Assembly: GCA_910576925.1 (NCBI GenBank)
Contig: CAJTKB010000002.1
Span: forward strand, 419 to 64,418
Direction: 5' to 3'
Source: an uncultured Bacilli bacterium
GTDB taxonomy: Bacteria > Bacillota_I > Bacilli_A > RF39 > UBA660
Length of the DNA: 64,000 nucleotides
Shown in pieces: positions 61,335-64,000 of the stretch. Under the pieces are notes generated by a model. The model searched no databases, had not been told where the DNA came from, and worked only from the letters and a program-made list of their open reading frames with translations. The position numbers and the translations under genes are program-made. Positions within the stretch are counted from its first letter, which is position 1. Each line of letters starts with the position of its first letter.

Positions 61335-62714
61335 ATGATAAAGAATAATGAAACAATAAACAAAATAATTAGAGTTGCTATATATATACGAGTATCTACG
61401 GAAGAACAAGCCAAACACGGTTACTCACTAGGTTCACAACTAACTAGACTAAAAGAATATTGTAAACAAAAAAGTTATAAAATTATAGAAGTTTATACTG
61501 ACGAAGGAAAATCAGCTAGAAGCAAACTAAAACTAAGAACAGAACTTTTAAGACTAATAGAAGATGTCAAAGCTGGAAAAATAGATAGAATTGTTTTTTG
61601 GAGACTTGATAGATGGTTTAGAAATATTGCTGATTATTACAAGGTCCAAGAAATATTAGAAGCTAATAATGTTGACTGGGAATGTTCTGATGAAGAATAT
61701 AACACTACTACCTCAAACGGACGACTTCATTTAAATATTAAACTATCTATAGCACAAAATGAATCAGATCAAACCTCAGACAGAATTAAGTTTAATTTTG
61801 AAAATATGATTAAAAGTAAAAAAGCAATATGTTGTACTCACTCTTGCCCATTTGGATATAAAGTAGAGGGTGAAAAAGGTAATAAACACGTAGTAAAAGA
61901 TAAAGAAAAAGAAGAAATGGTAAATTTTATTTTTGATACTTATGAGTTGAACAATAACTACAGACAAACAACTATCCTTTTTAATAAAAAATATGGTTAC
62001 TCTACTGATCCTACCATTATTAAAAAGATGTTAAAGAAAACAATTTATTATGGAGAATATAAAGGTGTTACAGATTATACAGAAGCTTATATCACAAAAG
62101 AAAGATGGAATAAAATCCAAGAAATGCTTCCAAATAACGTTAAAAAAAATAAAAATCACGAATATATTTTTTGTGGATTAATTATTTGCAAACATTGTGG
62201 TAGAAAAATGTCAGGAAGTACTAATAGAAGTTATCAGAGATATACTTGCAAAAAGAATAAAGAAGCTAAAGTTTGCCCGAATACCAAACAAATTACACAA
62301 AACAGACTTGAAAATTATTTGTTATTTATTCTTGAAGATTTACAAAAATTAGAAGTAGATTCTATTGCAAAAGAAAAAGAAGATAAAAATACCATTGACA
62401 TAGAAAAAGAAACTAGTAAAATAGATAAAAAAATCAATAGATTAAATGAATTATATATTGAGGGTCATATTTCCAAAGAAAAATACGATAAAGATATAAC
62501 TATATTCCAAAAGCAAAAAACAGAATTTCTTTCTCTAAAAAGAAAAAAGAAGAAAGAAAAAGAGATTATTAATCTCCCTAATGATGCTATAGAACTTTAC
62601 AAAATGCTAAATTCTGAAAACAAAAGAAACTTTTGGAAAAAGTATATAGACTATATAGAATTTGATTATACAAAGGATAATATAGAAGATAGAATAACTA
62701 TAATTTTAAAATGA
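61335..62714 (+). CDS. large serine recombinase (phage integrase/excision recombinase)
   Basis: N-terminal resolvase domain VAIYIRVSTEEQ...GYSLGSQ, a recombinase domain and a zinc ribbon (CKHCGRKMSG...YTCKK). Confidence 0.85.
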   Translation: MIKNNETINKIIRVAIYIRVSTEEQAKHGYSLGSQLTRLKEYCKQKSYKIIEVYTDEGKSARSKLKLRTELLRLIEDVKAGKIDRIVFWRLDRWFRNIADYYKVQEILEANNVDWECSDEEYNTTTSNGRLHLNIKLSIAQNESDQTSDRIKFNFENMIKSKKAICCTHSCPFGYKVEGEKGNKHVVKDKEKEEMVNFIFDTYELNNNYRQTTILFNKKYGYSTDPTIIKKMLKKTIYYGEYKGVTDYTEAYITKERWNKIQEMLPNNVKKNKNHEYIFCGLIICKHCGRKMSGSTNRSYQRYTCKKNKEAKVCPNTKQITQNRLENYLLFILEDLQKLEVDSIAKEKEDKNTIDIEKETSKIDKKINRLNELYIEGHISKEKYDKDITIFQKQKTEFLSLKRKKKKEKEIINLPNDAIELYKMLNSENKRNFWKKYIDYIEFDYTKDNIEDRITIILK

Positions 62715-62890
62715 TGTACTAACTATATCGTACCAGGAGGTCTTGCTGGAGGTGCACTCGGTTATAGTATAGCTAACAATAATTTTTTGAGTAATAACAA
62801 TAACAACAATGGATATTATCCAATGGGGCCAGGACCTAGACCTTGTTGTGGTCAAGGACCAATTTTTGTTACACCATATCCTTGGTATTA
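62715..62890 (+). pseudogene. 3' half of the split small Tyr/Gly/Pro/Cys-rich host gene (…GGLAGGALGYSIANNNFLSNNNNNNGYYPMGPGPRPCCGQGPIFVTPYPWY*). It has no start codon of its own.
   Basis: The open frame begins right at the recombinase TGA. The first in-frame ATG is 37 codons in. The composition matches the 5' half at 23079. Confidence 0.45.
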
Positions 62891-62910
62891 AAAAGTCAAT
62901 TTAGACTTTT

Positions 62911-63996
62911 TTATTTTACTGGAAGTTCAATAAATACATCTGTTCCTTTATTTAATTGGGATTTATAATACATTTTTCCATTATGTAAATTAATAATTTC
63001 CTGTGATAAAGAAACACCTAAACCAGTTCCATTTTCTTTTGTTGTATAAAAGTTTTCTCCAATATGTTTTAGTGTATCTTTACTCATACCTACTCCATTA
63101 TCACTAACTTTTATTACTAATTGATTACTTTTTATATATGCCTTTAATGTTATTTTCATATTTTTCTTTTTTGCTTCTATGCTATTTTTATAAATATTTA
63201 TAAATACTTGTTTTATTCTATTATAATCAAGATCCAAATAAAGTTCATCATCTGGTATTATAAACTCATACTTAATATTATTACTCTTTAATAATGGCAT
63301 TAATTCATCCCTAACATCTTCAAGTAACATACAAATATCTGTATCCTCTTTTGCTACCTTTATCTTAGTATAATCTAGAAAGTCGTCCATTAAAGTAAGA
63401 GTTCTATTTATTTCCTTACTAATAACAGGAATATACTCACTATACTTTTCAGTATCATCATCAAGCATATCTAAATATCCTCGACATACTGCTAAAGGAT
63501 TTTTTACTTCATGAGTCATTTTAAATAATGACTGTTTAATTTCCTTTTCACGATTTAATTCATTTAATGTACTATTATAATTAACAATATTTTCACTTAA
63601 ATCTATGATAAATACTATTAAATATAGAAAAAACGATAAAAGTAGTGAACTAAAGAAAATATAAGTAAAAAGGTCTAAATAATTAGAATTTGGCATAATA
63701 TAAAATATAGTTTGATATATCATAGATAAAATTCTAATTACTAAAAAGCTATTTATAATTTTTCCAACTCTATTACTTTTCTTATTAAATAGTAAAAATG
63801 AAGAAAAATATAATAAATATTCAACAAATAACATAATTATATTAAAGTTAAATCTATAATTATTAAATATAATTAAAATAATAGCAATTGTAATAGAAGT
63901 AATTTTTTTATTTTTTATAAAACTAACAACTAATGGTATTTCAAATAAAAGAGCTGGATAAATCGTTTTAAACATTACTCCATATCTAATAAGCAT
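62911..63996 (-). CDS. sensor histidine kinase with a polytopic membrane N-terminal domain
   Basis: Five or six TM segments, an H-box HEVKNPLAV, and HATPase motifs N (NIYKNSIEA), G1 (DNGVGM) and G2 (GTGLGVS). Confidence 0.8.
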   Translation of the reverse strand: MLIRYGVMFKTIYPALLFEIPLVVSFIKNKKITSITIAIILIIFNNYRFNFNIIMLFVEYLLYFSSFLLFNKKSNRVGKIINSFLVIRILSMIYQTIFYIMPNSNYLDLFTYIFFSSLLLSFFLYLIVFIIDLSENIVNYNSTLNELNREKEIKQSLFKMTHEVKNPLAVCRGYLDMLDDDTEKYSEYIPVISKEINRTLTLMDDFLDYTKIKVAKEDTDICMLLEDVRDELMPLLKSNNIKYEFIIPDDELYLDLDYNRIKQVFINIYKNSIEAKKKNMKITLKAYIKSNQLVIKVSDNGVGMSKDTLKHIGENFYTTKENGTGLGVSLSQEIINLHNGKMYYKSQLNKGTDVFIELPVK

Positions 63997-64000
63997 ATAA

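Larger units (their letters stand above)
23205..62740 (-). mobile_element. integrated siphovirus-type prophage of about 39.5 kb. The serine integrase is at the right end and the lysis cassette at the left end. Boundaries are approximate.
   Basis: A contiguous lysogeny, replication, packaging, head, tail and lysis gene order on the minus strand. Junctions are inferred from the split host ORF at both ends. Confidence 0.75.

Noticed and set aside
8480-61418. Numerous 60-170 aa ORFs on the strand opposite to confirmed genes (e.g. 8480-8677, 12107-12313, 16124-17170, 27101-27901, 32087-34585, 42632-44120, 51546-52403, 57033-57611, 61178-61418)
   Set aside because: They are AT-rich antisense frames inside well-supported genes. 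Their composition is low-complexity (Ile/Leu/Phe/Ser-rich) and they have no independent support.
62715-62890. Treating the Gly/Tyr-rich frame after the recombinase as an independent small gene
   Set aside because: The only in-frame ATG is 37 codons in, and the frame starts exactly at the recombinase stop. It makes better sense as the displaced 3' half of the ORF beginning at 23079.
59553-63996. Pairing the LytTR response regulator (59553-60203) with the histidine kinase (62911-63996) as one two-component system
   Set aside because: The genes are convergent and separated by the Fic and recombinase genes and by the prophage boundary. The kinase's partner regulator is expected upstream of it, beyond the window end.
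1-64000. CRISPR arrays, rRNA or tRNA genes
   Set aside because: I saw no direct-repeat/spacer periodicity. There are no GC-rich, structured stretches of rRNA/tRNA length in any intergenic region.

Overview
This is a low-GC (about 27% GC) Firmicutes chromosome segment with Clostridia-like gene content. I cannot name the species. The window has three blocks. (1) 1-9.8 kb, all on the minus strand: the 3' part of an unusual ClpX-like AAA+ ATPase gene, followed upstream by a Wzx/Wzy-dependent surface-polysaccharide locus (ugd, flippase, polymerase, four or five glycosyltransferases, initiating sugar transferase). (2) 10-23 kb, core genes: mraY, a class B PBP (SpoVD/FtsI-like), rpsP, a KH-domain protein, dut, polC, a ferredoxin and rluB. 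(3) About 23.2-62.75 kb: a complete siphovirus-type prophage of about 39.5 kb, oriented leftward. It carries a large serine recombinase, cI/cro-like repressors, a replication/recombination module, packaging, head and tail genes, and a holin/XhlA/amidase lysis cassette. An IS3-family IS is inserted inside it. The most notable observation concerns the prophage ends. A small Tyr/Gly/Pro/Cys-rich host ORF appears split in frame: its 5' half with RBS and start is at 23079-23210, and its 3' half follows immediately after the recombinase stop at 62715-62890. That is the pattern of a serine-recombinase 'intervening element' in a possibly sporulation-type gene. Accessory cargo inside the prophage includes a Panacea-domain protein with an adjacent unknown partner (candidate PanAT toxin-antitoxin pair), a 266-aa gene translationally coupled to the cI repressor, an orphan LytTR response regulator co-transcribed with a RhuM-Doc/Fic toxin-like gene, a candidate nucleotidyltransferase-fold protein, and an ADP-ribosyltransferase-like head protein. 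A membrane histidine kinase lies past the right junction. I found no rRNA, tRNA or CRISPR.
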